Shown: positions 21,079 to 31,921, numbered from the stretch's first letter. The stretch is DNA of 33,078 nt from Octopus bimaculoides (GCF_001194135.2 NC_068989.1:86230986-86264063); one strand, 5' to 3'. Notes: generated from the sequence alone by a model not told the origin. Made by a program: numbers and translations.

Positions 21079-21091
21079 AAACCCCATCAGC

Positions 21092-21180
21092 TAATATTGA
21101 TTTCAAATTTTGGCACAAGGCCAGCAATTTCGGAGGAGGGGCTAAATCGATTATATCGACCCCGGTACTCAACTGGTACC
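21092..21180 (-). mobile_element. SINE group C 3' half
   Basis: atattgatttcaaattttggcacaaggccagcaatttcggaggaggggctaaatcgattatatcgaccccggtactcaactggtac. Confidence 0.82.
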
Positions 21181-21451
21181 TTTGCTCTCTCTGATTAAGC
21201 AGTGAAAATAACAGAAAAAATAGTTTATGTGAATGTTAGTGCCAAAAGAGCGAAGGACACATGCGACACATGTCCGAAGCTGACAACGCGTATTGATACA
21301 ACAACGCATGCGTCCTTCGGTTCGTTGATGTGATTCATTTCTCAGACGCGTGTTCTTGGTACACATATTGTCCCTAAGGAGAACATTTTCTCAATTTTTT
21401 CATGTCAAATATGATTATTCAAAATTAGGTGCATTTTCAACAACAAATTTG

Positions 21452-21486
<35 letters not shown>

Positions 21487-21491
21487 TATAT

Positions 21492-21663
21492 AAAGGGCAT
21501 TAACTGTGTAGTAATGCCTCACGCTTCGAAGGACTAAATAAGTCAAAAACTACCAAAAAATAAGCAACATATTTACTGAAAGCGAGGGAATGCAGCTTTC
21601 AAAATTTATCTCTTAAAAACATTTAACTTAACGGTAAACCACTGGTTTCTCAATCAAATACAG
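21492..21663 (-). mobile_element. Hammerhead-bearing element, copy 1 (truncated by gap)
   Basis: Roughly 90% or more identical by eye to 31305-31475; preceded by (TA)n; retains the 3' half of the hammerhead on the minus strand (GAAA 21649-21646, ACCAGTGGT, triplet GTT 21639-21637). Confidence 0.85.
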
Positions 21664-22687
21664 NNNNNNNNNNNNNNNNNNNNNNNNNNNNNNNNNNNNN
21701 NNNNNNNNNNNNNNNNNNNNNNNNNNNNNNNNNNNNNNNNNNNNNNNNNNNNNNNNNNNNNNNNNNNNNNNNNNNNNNNNNNNNNNNNNNNNNNNNNNNN
21801 NNNNNNNNNNNNNNNNNNNNNNNNNNNNNNNNNNNNNNNNNNNNNNNNNNNNNNNNNNNNNNNNNNNNNNNNNNNNNNNNNNNNNNNNNNNNNNNNNNNN
21901 NNNNNNNNNNNNNNNNNNNNNNNNNNNNNNNNNNNNNNNNNNNNNNNNNNNNNNNNNNNNNNNNNNNNNNNNNNNNNNNNNNNNNNNNNNNNNNNNNNNN
22001 NNNNNNNNNNNNNNNNNNNNNNNNNNNNNNNNNNNNNNNNNNNNNNNNNNNNNNNNNNNNNNNNNNNNNNNNNNNNNNNNNNNNNNNNNNNNNNNNNNNN
22101 NNNNNNNNNNNNNNNNNNNNNNNNNNNNNNNNNNNNNNNNNNNNNNNNNNNNNNNNNNNNNNNNNNNNNNNNNNNNNNNNNNNNNNNNNNNNNNNNNNNN
22201 NNNNNNNNNNNNNNNNNNNNNNNNNNNNNNNNNNNNNNNNNNNNNNNNNNNNNNNNNNNNNNNNNNNNNNNNNNNNNNNNNNNNNNNNNNNNNNNNNNNN
22301 NNNNNNNNNNNNNNNNNNNNNNNNNNNNNNNNNNNNNNNNNNNNNNNNNNNNNNNNNNNNNNNNNNNNNNNNNNNNNNNNNNNNNNNNNNNNNNNNNNNN
22401 NNNNNNNNNNNNNNNNNNNNNNNNNNNNNNNNNNNNNNNNNNNNNNNNNNNNNNNNNNNNNNNNNNNNNNNNNNNNNNNNNNNNNNNNNNNNNNNNNNNN
22501 NNNNNNNNNNNNNTTTATTTATTTATTTGTTCATGTGTGTGTGTGTTTTTTTTTTGTGTTTAATTAAATTTTGTTAACGTATGTAGTATTTAATTCCATT
22601 TGTTTATCTATGTATTGTATTATACTTTGTTCATATTATTATTGGTTTATGGGTAACATGTTGTCACATGCTGTGGTTTGTGGTTTG

Positions 22688-22816
22688 TTAGTGGTGTGTG
22701 TTAGTGTTCCATTCTAGTTTCCTATTCAGGCTAGGTTTCTCTTCTATTATGTGTGTAGCTTCAGTAATTTGTCTAAGTGCTGCATCACTGCTATGTGTAG
22801 ATAATATTTTAATTTC

Positions 22817-22819
<3 letters not shown>
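22688..22819 (-). mobile_element. Penelope-like element remnant: C-terminus of the GIY-YIG endonuclease
   Basis: IEIKILSTHSSDAALRQITEATHIIEEKPSLNRKLEW* fits the PLE GIY-YIG C-terminal pattern IL...R...EA..I....P.LN. Confidence 0.7.
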
Positions 22820-22849
<30 letters not shown>

Positions 22850-23774
22850 ATGTATATGTGTGAGTGTGTATGAAAGATTAATCATTACATTTGGTAGAGT
22901 ACAAATTTAGAGAGAGCTATAAATACATATGTATATATGTGTTCACTCATACTCTTAATTTTTAGTTTGCTTTTAACTGGTCACCTTGGTTGCAAAGTAA
23001 GGACTGGCCATCAAGATTGTAAAGAAAAGGAAATTGTCAGCAATCATTAGAGAATTTTACAAATTTTGATTGCTTCAGATATCGCAGCCATTTGTAGCTT
23101 ATGAATTAAGAAGCTATATATGTATGTATGTGTGTATGTATGTATGTATGTATGTATGTGTCGGTGAAGGGAGTCAGATAAATCGGTATATCAAACTAAA
23201 ATACCTTGTGATATTTAGTTCGTGGGTTTCGCCATTTGGTATATAGAAGTCGATAAAAGAAGTGGGGTTAATAAAATCGACTAAAATCCATCCCCTCCAC
23301 TCCGAAGTTAATACCTCAGCATTGTTGCATTCCGATAACTGAAAGCAGTAAGGAAATTGTTATTCTCATGTAAGAAATAGAACAACAATAGAATGGATAT
23401 TAACATTTTAATTATGTCTTTTACACATTTGATTTTTTTTATTTGATGTCACAAAAATTAATTATAATTATCAATAAAACCGATCTTACACTTTCAATCA
23501 TTTCTGTTGTATTTTGTCACTTTGATAAAGAGAAAGAATATTATCAAAAGAGCAGACGATAATGTCAGCCATTTTAGCTCATAATACAAGTGTTTTAATA
23601 CTGAGAAAATATCATCAATAAAACAGACAGCTTGCTTTGTAACTTCACTCTTAAATTTCATTGCAATTCCACTAGCTATCGAGGTAGTCTATACGTTATC
23701 ACTCGACCTGTTAGAAATAGCAGACAAATATCTCTCAAAGCAATCGCCACAGTCTCTCCAGGCATATCTGTGTG

Positions 23775-23940
23775 GTTTAGGTGTCATCTTCCTTTAGCCT
23801 CAACATAGTTTTGGGTACGATCTCACTGCGTGGCACCTTCATCAAGTGTTTTATAGCTAAGTTTCTGTTCGACCAAAAGAAAGACACTTGTGCATGTAAT
23901 ATAATGGATGGAAACTGTGCGGTAATCCACAAGAGAGACT
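23775..23940 (+). mobile_element. Highly degenerate SINE group B 5' half
   Basis: ttttgggtacgatctcactgcgtggcaccttcatcaagtgttttatagc...gatggaaactgtgcggtaatcc. Confidence 0.5.
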
Positions 23941-24656
23941 GCACCAGTTCTTGGGTGACATATTTAATCTATTCATTTGTTTAACACTACCACGTGACTT
24001 GTGAGAGTCTATCGGTGTCTTGTCTGATGTAGGTGTACAGGTCAAATCACTGATCTGAAAATAACTTCTTTTCATCAGTCTAGTCGTTGCAGGGAGGACT
24101 CCTCTAAGGGATCACGGGCGCTGCTCCATCATCGTCTACGTCATAAAAAGGAAAACAAAGACAAAAATACAGCCCCCCACACACATACATACACACACAC
24201 ATACACACACAATAGCTACATTAATGTAGCTCAAAATCTCCGAGATGGTCNNNNNNNNNNNNNNNNNNNNNNNNNNNNNNNNNNNNNNNNNNNNNNNNNN
24301 NNNNNNNNNNNNNNNNNNNNNNNNNNNNNNNNNNNNNNNNNNNNNNNNNNNNNNNNNNNNNNNNNNNNNNNNNNNNNNNNNNNNNNNNNNNNNNNNNNNN
24401 NNNNNNNNNNNNNNNNNNNNNNNNNNNNNNNNNNNNNNNNNNNNNNNNNNNNNNNNNNNNNNNNNNNNNNNNNNNNNNNNNNNNNNNNNNNNNNNNNNNN
24501 NNNNNNNNNNNNNNNNNNNNNNNNNNNNNNNNNNNNNNNNNNNNNNNNNNNNNNNNNNNNNNNNNNNNNNNNNNNNNNNNNNNNNNNNNNNNNNNNNNNN
24601 NNNNNNNNNNNNNNNNNNNNNNNNNNNNNNNNNNNNNNNNNNNNNNNNNNNNNNNN

Positions 24657-24700
<44 letters not shown>

Positions 24701-24837
24701 TTACACACACGCACACACACACACACACATATATATGTATATACATGTGTGCATGTATGTATACATACATATTTTCAACTTTGGCCCCTACTATCTTTAT
24801 TTCTAAACTCGCATTAGTATCTCAGCTTGCTACCCTT

Positions 24838-25106
24838 CTACCCCTCTGCCTTCTTCTCAGCCTCAACCTCCGCCTCCTCTTCCTTATCGTCATCGCGATG
24901 GTCACTACTGCTACTTGTGCTACAGACGTTGGTCGGTGTATCGCAAGCACTACTACTAACACCTTCACCACCACTACCGCCATGATTGCTGTTACCACCA
25001 CTACCACCACCACCACCACCACCGTCGCCACCACCGCCACCACCACCAACACCACCATTACTAACACAATTAATTTTTCTACTTTTACAAACACTACTAC
25101 TACTAT

Positions 25107-25162
<56 letters not shown>

Positions 25163-25229
25163 TTACAACTACTACTACAAAGGCCACACGTAATACTATC
25201 AATGCTACTGCTTTTATTATTATTACACT

Positions 25230-25308
<79 letters not shown>

Positions 25309-25564
25309 ACTACTGCTGCTGCTGCTGCTGCTGTCGTCATCACCGGCATCGTGTCGACTTCGACGGTTGGTACTTCTGAAACTAGCATGCTTAACCACTC
25401 TACTACNNNNNNNNNNNNNNNNNNNNNNNNNNNNNNNNNNNNNNNNNNNNNCCACCACCACCACCACCACCACCACCACCACCACCACCGCCACCAGCAC
25501 CGCCATCACCATCACCATCACCATCACCATCACCATCACTACTGCTGCTGCTGCTACTACTACA

Positions 25565-25597
<33 letters not shown>

Positions 25598-27484
25598 GCT
25601 GCAGATAACCCAAACATCGTCAACATTGATTCCCCTTTCATGATTAAAACCCCTAATACCACCACTACTATGGTCACTACAACTTGAAGTGCTTGTTCTG
25701 CTACAGCTACTACTACCACCACTACTACTACTACTGCTGCTGCTGCTGCTTCTGCTGCTGCTACTACGACTACTTCTGCTACTACGACTACTTCTGCTAC
25801 TACGACTACTACAGCTACTTCGACTACTGCTTTCACCGCCATCAATACGATGACGACCACCGCCACCATTAAAATGATCATATCTACTACGAACACCATT
25901 ACTAAGATCACCATTGGTAACACAATTACCATCGCTGTTACTACTATGTTCCCTCTTAGTGACTTCGCTCTGATATTTCCCATCCTCTTTCAGTTCCATC
26001 ACTCCCCTCCGTGGGCCTTTCCCTGTTGGTTTCCCAGTCGTCTGCTTCTCAAGATCTGCTTTCCATTTTAACTTGGCAAACGATCTCTTCTCTATTTTCC
26101 TGTTACTTTTAGCGATCGCTTTTACTTCCGCTTCCGCTTTGCTCGCTGCAGTTTTGACTGTATCCGCTATTGCTGATGTTATCGATGTGGTCGCCATTTC
26201 ATTTGTTGACGTTTGTGTTTTCGCTGGTGACTTTGTAGCTTTTGAAGATATTTTGGTTGCTATTTTCGACACGGGTGGCGTTGTTGTTACTGTTCTTTCG
26301 TTCGATTTTGTCACCGGTGTTGTTTCTGTTGCTGTCGCTTTTGTTGTTGCTGTTTTTGGTGATATCGATAATGGTGGTGATGGCGAAGAAACTAATGACG
26401 GTGAAAGAAGACGTTTCGGATCCGAAGGATCACGTAGTCGCTGTTGTTGTTGTTGCATTTGTTGCGTCTCTTGTAATTGAGGTTGTTGGTACAATTGTGG
26501 TTGTGGTGTTTCTTTTGATATGAGGAGTTTGGTGTCGTTGCCAAGAATTTCCAAAGAACATTTTCTCTTCTTCTGACCGCTGTTTCTCTGATCATTGTCT
26601 CCTAAAGATATACCAGAAGCAGAAATCGTATCCAAATCTTGATTGATTTTCTTGTCTAGATCTTTATTTGTACCTGGGCTAAGGAGAAAGTCTTTTAATT
26701 TAGTCTCATGCTTTAAACAGGAACTCAATTCTTGATTGTTCTGTAGCTGGGTTACGACATCATTCTGTGCATCCGAACCGGACGGCGCTGTTTGTTTGTC
26801 GACATTGTTCTTTACAGTCGCACCATCACTCGAATTAATGATATCAATGACATCTTCGACAAAGTTATCTATTTTGTTTGTCATGGAATTTAAACTACCT
26901 TTGTGAGGAATTTTCGTATCGCGATTCGTTTCGTTACTATCACCGAGATTGATTTTCGGTTCAACTTTGGTTTGGCCACTTGTCTTTGGCTGCATCTGCG
27001 AGTCTGTGTTTCTGTTGATAGATATGGCATCTCCGACTGCTTTCTCCGACAGCGACAGGACGTCTGTCGGTAATATGATCGATTTTTGGTCGCGTAGTAT
27101 GTCTTTTTTGAGCACATCTGATTCTCTGTCGTTGCTTTTATCATCACATATGATTCGATCATCGCGGTCGTCCTTAGTGTGGGTAGCATCATGGCCATCA
27201 CCCTTATCCTTTCTATCGTTATCACAAGGCACAGCAACGATCGTTGTTTCGTTGACAGTGCGACTAGAAACACTACTCGTGGCTGTATTTGTAGTGAAGT
27301 TCGCCGCGTCTCCTGAATTATCCAAATTGCACAACTGATCAGACCCGTCTTTACTTCCTCCTTTCAACTCACCTTTCCTGTTTCTACATTTCAGAAGCCC
27401 ACAAGCGATCGAATAATGACTGAGGTTAGAAATTGAATTGATCTGCGATGGATTCAACCGACGACAGCATAAACAGGAGCCCAT
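24838..27484 (-). CDS. Long low-complexity/disordered protein (about 870-880 aa if the frame is continuous across gap 25407-25451) with N-terminal MGSCLCC acylation motif
   Basis: More than 2 kb open from ATG 27484 (Kozak gaaATGG, in-frame TAA just upstream) with non-repetitive codons over the first roughly 550 aa. It then runs into poly-Ser/Gly and RSS repeats. After the gap a frame continues to ...EEEAEVEAEKKAEG* (stop ends at 24838), followed by AATAAA at 24801-24796. The join across the gap is inferred. Confidence 0.7.
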
Positions 27485-28224
27485 TTCACCTTATTTACAC
27501 ACACACACACGCACGCACACACACAATATATATATATATTGCTTACATATACTGATTATATTATTTCACATATATTGTTAAATATGTATATATGTATATA
27601 CACACACACATATATACATATATATATATAAAATTCATTTATATTTTTCTAAATATATATTATCTATATATATACGATACATATATGTATATATATATAT
27701 GTATACATATGTATATATTATCTGTATTTCATTAATGTTTATATATATTATACATTTGATATTGATCCCGTCTCTTTTTCTAAATATAATTTTTGTACTG
27801 ATTGCACATAACTCGAAAACACACACATATATACAAATATAAGTTATACATAAAGCATAAATAAATAATACAGATTAATTTCGTACTTGAGTATCTATCG
27901 TATGTATTACATATATATATATATAGGTGTATATATATGTATATGTAAATATGTATGTATGTTTTTACTATTGTTATATTTACTTTTCGTTTTCTTTTCT
28001 TTTGTTATGCTTTGTTTTCGTCTTGTATTGTAATTCTAAAAATGGGGAAAAAAATTTCCCGAGTTTCTTCAAATGTCATTGGTGCTTAACAACATATATA
28101 ATAATGATGATAATAATAATGATAATAATAATAATGTTAATAAGAATAATATAGCATGACAATAGTAATATTAATAATAATGATGTCAGCAGCAATATGC
28201 AACACAAGAATAGCAATATGCAAC

Positions 28225-28450
28225 ACAAGAAACTGTTCAGAAAAGCACAGATATTACCTGAGTGTACCTTCTATAATATTGCAAATACTAATACAAGACA
28301 AAGAACAAAAGCACCAAGCATTTTTAAGACACGAAGAACTGTGCTTGGTAGTATACTGAAAGCACGAAATGTAGATAAGAATACTTAAAGCTAATAATAA
28401 TATTAATAATAATAATAATGATAATGATAAAGAGGAAAATGATGATAATA
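28225..28450 (+). mobile_element. Possible degenerate 3' end of another RLE-type LINE with (AAT)n tail
   Basis: gaaactgttcagaaaagc...aagacacgaagaactgtgcttggtagtatactgaaagcacg followed by (AAT)n resembles a LINE terminus I recall as common in octopus DNA; no second copy in the window. Confidence 0.35.
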
Positions 28451-29039
28451 ATAGCTAATTTCTGTCAAAGTTCGGGAACTGTTTGTAAACAAAAATGATA
28501 TGTGAAAGTAGTACTAGTCATCAAGTGAATATAATCATATGAATGATCCTGTTGATATAATTATGTAATTTGTGTATATAATTTCATATCACAAAATATA
28601 TATTACACATATACATTTGCATATATGCATGCATATGAATAAATATATATGTTAATATGTATACATGTCAATTTATATATATGTATATATATATGTATGT
28701 ATGTATGGATATGTTTATAGAACTCTATATAAAATAACGGAATGCGATAACTGTAAATATCATAAATTTGTGGAACGTTGATCTCAAAGTGTATATAATC
28801 CAAAGGAAGATGGCAACCGAGCAATTTCATATAACCACCAGAATGGCACAATCTTCAACAGTAACAACAACAATAGTTAGCTAGAAATCCTTCATATTTT
28901 GTCACAATATTTCCATGTTATCATCTCGTATTCAGTTCGTCATTTTGAATTTACACTCCGTTTTAGCATAAAAAAGTTCAGCCATATTGTTTTGTATAAA
29001 AGTTTCTGTTTACTCCAGCGACATCTTGAATTTATTTTG

Positions 29040-29267
29040 AAATGTGTAAATTGTGTGTGTGTATATGTGTGTATGTGCGCGTATGTGCGTATATGTATGT
29101 GTATATGTGTGAGTGTATGTGCATACACGTATGCGTATGTGTGTGTGTTAAAACAATGCGTGTGTTTATATGTGTTCGTGAATATGTGAGTATTTATATG
29201 TATATGTGTTGGGTTTGTAACTGTGTTTTGTGTGATTTCGTGCGTACATGTGTGCGTGTGTATGTGT

Positions 29268-29305
<38 letters not shown>

Positions 29306-29774
29306 ACGCGTGTGTTTGTTGTATGTGGGTGTGCGTTTGATTATGAGCGTTTGCTTCAATATGTGTATGGTTGTATGTGTTTATTTGTGTGTGTGTGCAT
29401 ATGTTGAAGTGTTCGTGTAAGCACACATGTGTATACACATATATACACACGTATTCGCTTCTGCGCGCTTGTGTGTAAGTGTGCTTGGGAATGTGGACGT
29501 GCGTGTACTTGCATACATGGTGTGTGAGTGTGAGTGTGAGTGTGTGAATTAACGTATGCGCTTATATGTATGCTTGTGTATATTTGTCTACATATGTGTA
29601 CGTTGGGTTTGTTTCTTTTCGTTTTGTATGCGTATGTACGTGTGTTAGAGTGTGCGCGTTTGTATGAGTATATATGTGTGTGTGTGTGTGTGTTTATGCG
29701 TTTGTGTAGCACACAAACGCACACATGCAGATGCAAATAAGTCCTCTTCTTTGAATGTGTGTGTGTGTATGCGC

Positions 29775-29805
<31 letters not shown>
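29040..29805. repeat. Long degenerate (GT)/(AT) low-complexity tract
   Basis: Mixed gtgt/gtat/gcgt runs; the track ORFs here are artefacts. Confidence 0.85.
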
Positions 29806-29808
<3 letters not shown>

Positions 29809-29919
29809 CTGTGTTTGTCCACCAACCATCGCTTGACAACCGATGCTGGTGCGTTTACATCCTCCGCAAACTAGCGGTTCGACAAAAGAGGCCGATAGAA
29901 TAAGTACTAGCCTTACAAC
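29805..29919 (+). repeat. Exact duplicate of 30954-31068 (group B SINE 3' half) abutting a gap
   Basis: About 115 bp identical, including private variants (ccaccaacc, gcgtttacatcctccgcaaactagcgg). Confidence 0.85.
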
Positions 29920-30736
29920 NNNNNNNNNNNNNNNNNNNNNNNNNNNNNNNNNNNNNNNNNNNNNNNNNNNNNNNNNNNNNNNNNNNNNNNNNNNNNNNNN
30001 NNNNNNNNNNNNNNNNNNNNNNNNNNNNNNNNNNNNNNNNNNNNNNNNNNNNNNNNNNNNNNNNNNNNNNNNNNNNNNNNNNNNNNNNNNNNNNNNNNNN
30101 NNNNNNNNNNNNNNNNNNNNNNNNNNNNNNNNNNNNNNNNNNNNNNNNNNNNNNNNNNNNNNNNNNNNNNNNNNNNNNNNNNNNNNNNNNNNNNNNNNNN
30201 NNNNNNNNNNNNNNNNNNNNNNNNNNNNNNNNNNNNNNNNNNNNNNNNNNNNNNNNNNNNNNNNNNNNNNNNNNNNNNNNNNNNNNNNNNNNNNNNNNNN
30301 NNNNNNNNNNNNNNNNNNNNNNNNNNNNNNNNNNNNNNNNNNNNNNNNNNNNNNNNNNNNNNNNNNNNNNNNNNNNNNNNNNNNNNNNNNNNNNNNNNNN
30401 NNNNNNNNNNNNNNNNNNNNNNNNNNNNNNNNNNNNNNNNNNNNNNNNNNNNNNNNNNNNNNNNNNNNNNNNNNNNNNNNNNNNNNNNNNNNNNNNNNNN
30501 NNNNNNNNNNNNNNNNNNNNNNNNNNNNNNNNNNNNNNNNNNNNNNNNNNNNNNNNNNNNNNNNNNNNNNNNNNNNNNNNNNNNNNNNNNNNNNNNNNNN
30601 NNNNNNNNNNNNNNNNNNNNNNNNNNNNNNNNNNNNNNNNNNNNNNNNNNNNNNNNNNNNNNNNNNNNNNNNNNNNNNNNNNNNNNNNNNNNNNNNNNNN
30701 NNNNNNNNNNNNNNNNNNNNNNNNNNNNNNNNNNNN

Positions 30737-30914
30737 GGCAAGCAGCTTGCTTACCAACCACATGTTCCCGGGTTCAGTCCCATTGCGTGGCACCTTGAGA
30801 GAGTGCCTTCTGCTATAGCCTCGGGCTGACCAAAGTCTTGTGAGTGAGTGGATTTGGCAGGCGGAAACAGAAAGAAGCCCGTCGTATGTATGTATGTATA
30901 TATGTATGCATGTA

Positions 30915-30957
<43 letters not shown>

Positions 30958-31150
30958 CTGTGTTTGTCCACCAACCATCGCTTGACAACCGATGCTGGTG
31001 CGTTTACATCCTCCGCAAACTAGCGGTTCGACAAAAGAGGCCGATAGAATAAGTACTAGCCTTACAACGAATAAGTCCTGGGGTCGATATGCTCGACTGA
31101 AGGCAGTACTCCAACATGGCCGCAGTCACATGACTGAAAAATATAAAAGA
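30737..31150 (+). mobile_element. SINE group B, near full length
   Basis: agcttgcttaccaaccacatgttcccgggttcagtcccattgcgtggcacc...gaagcccgtcgtat-(microsatellite)-...catggccgcagtcacatgactgaaa. Confidence 0.9.
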
Positions 31151-31304
31151 AAAGAATATATATATATATAATATAATATAGGATAAATTCTTTATAAGAA
31201 TTTATCAAGTAGTCAGCGTGAAAAAAACCTCATAATGAAAAAATAACGAAAAATTTCGTAATGAAAAAATTCATTTCTTCATAAATATAATTAATTATAT
31301 ATAA

Positions 31305-31830
31305 AAAGGGCATTAACTGTGTATTAATGCCTCACGCTTCGAGGGACTAAATAAGTAAAAAACTACTAAAAATAAGCAACATATTTACTGATAGCGAGGG
31401 AATGCAGCTTTCAAAATTTATCTCTTAAGAACATTTAACTCAACGGTAGACCACTGGTTTCTCAATCAAATACAGAAAAACTGTGAAGTAACCTGTATTC
31501 TTTTGTTCATCAGTACACATATTTTTAGTAGTTTTTGACTTATTTAGTCCCTCGAAGCGTGAGGCATTAATANNNNNNNNNNNNNNNNNNNNNNNNNNNN
31601 NNNNNNNNNNNNNNNNNNNNNNNNNNNNNNNNNNNNNNNNNNNNNNNNNNNNNNNNNNNNNNNNNNNNNNNNNNNNNNNNNNNNNNNNNNNNNNNNNNNN
31701 NNNNNNNNNNNNNNNNNNNNNNNNNNNNNNNNNNNNNNNNNNNNNNNNNNNNNNNNNNNNNNNNNNNNNNNNNNNNNNNNNNNNNNNNNNNNNNNNNNNN
31801 NNNNNNNNNNNNNNNNNGTTAATGCCCTTT
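31305..31830. mobile_element. Fold-back element with about 70-bp terminal inverted arms and an internal hammerhead, in TA-rich repeats (copy 2)
   Basis: Left arm 31305-31374. The right arm is 31520-31572 (52/53 match to 31322-31374) plus 31818-31830 (perfect match to 31305-31317), interrupted by N. Flanked by TA-rich runs. Confidence 0.85.
31446..31516 (-). ncRNA. Type I hammerhead ribozyme motif
   Basis: Minus strand: gta-CTGATGA (31513-31507)-acaaaagaatacag-17-nt loop-ctgtatttgattga-GAAA (31461-31458)-CCAGTG-GTC (31451-31449)-tac. Helix II arms are 14/14 nt in register (7 consecutive Watson-Crick pairs, a G-U, and 3 further pairs). Helix III is the near-palindrome ACCA-G-TGGT. Helix I is only 3 bp (gta/tac). 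Confidence 0.65.
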
Positions 31831-31921
31831 ATATATAATATATATATATATATATAAACGTTTGCACGTTGGTATCTGTCTGTCTTTTATATATGTACAT
31901 TTCTATCTATCTATCTCTCTA

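Larger units (their letters stand above)
3595..31817. other. 14 assembly gaps (N): 3595-3856, 6423-6790, 8947-9044, 9913-9922, 10872-11620, 13877-14166, 18311-18470, 19384-19483, 20146-20519, 21664-22513, 24251-24656, 25407-25451, 29920-30736, 31573-31817
   Basis: Runs of n, mostly flanked by microsatellites or repeats. Confidence 0.98.

Noticed and set aside
24060-24090. Minus-strand CTGATGA (a similar one lies at about 4072 in a SINE tRNA head)
   Set aside because: No GAAA/NUH and no helices at suitable spacing.
24745-27338. Plus-strand ORFs 24745-25608, 24986-25687, 26073-26480, 26242-26523, 26949-27338
   Set aside because: Antisense shadows of the minus-strand ORF and of stop-free triplet repeats.
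3363-30988. Numerous track ORFs rich in X, CV, HT, YI, LS or ER repeats
   Set aside because: Translations of N gaps and dinucleotide/tetranucleotide microsatellites.
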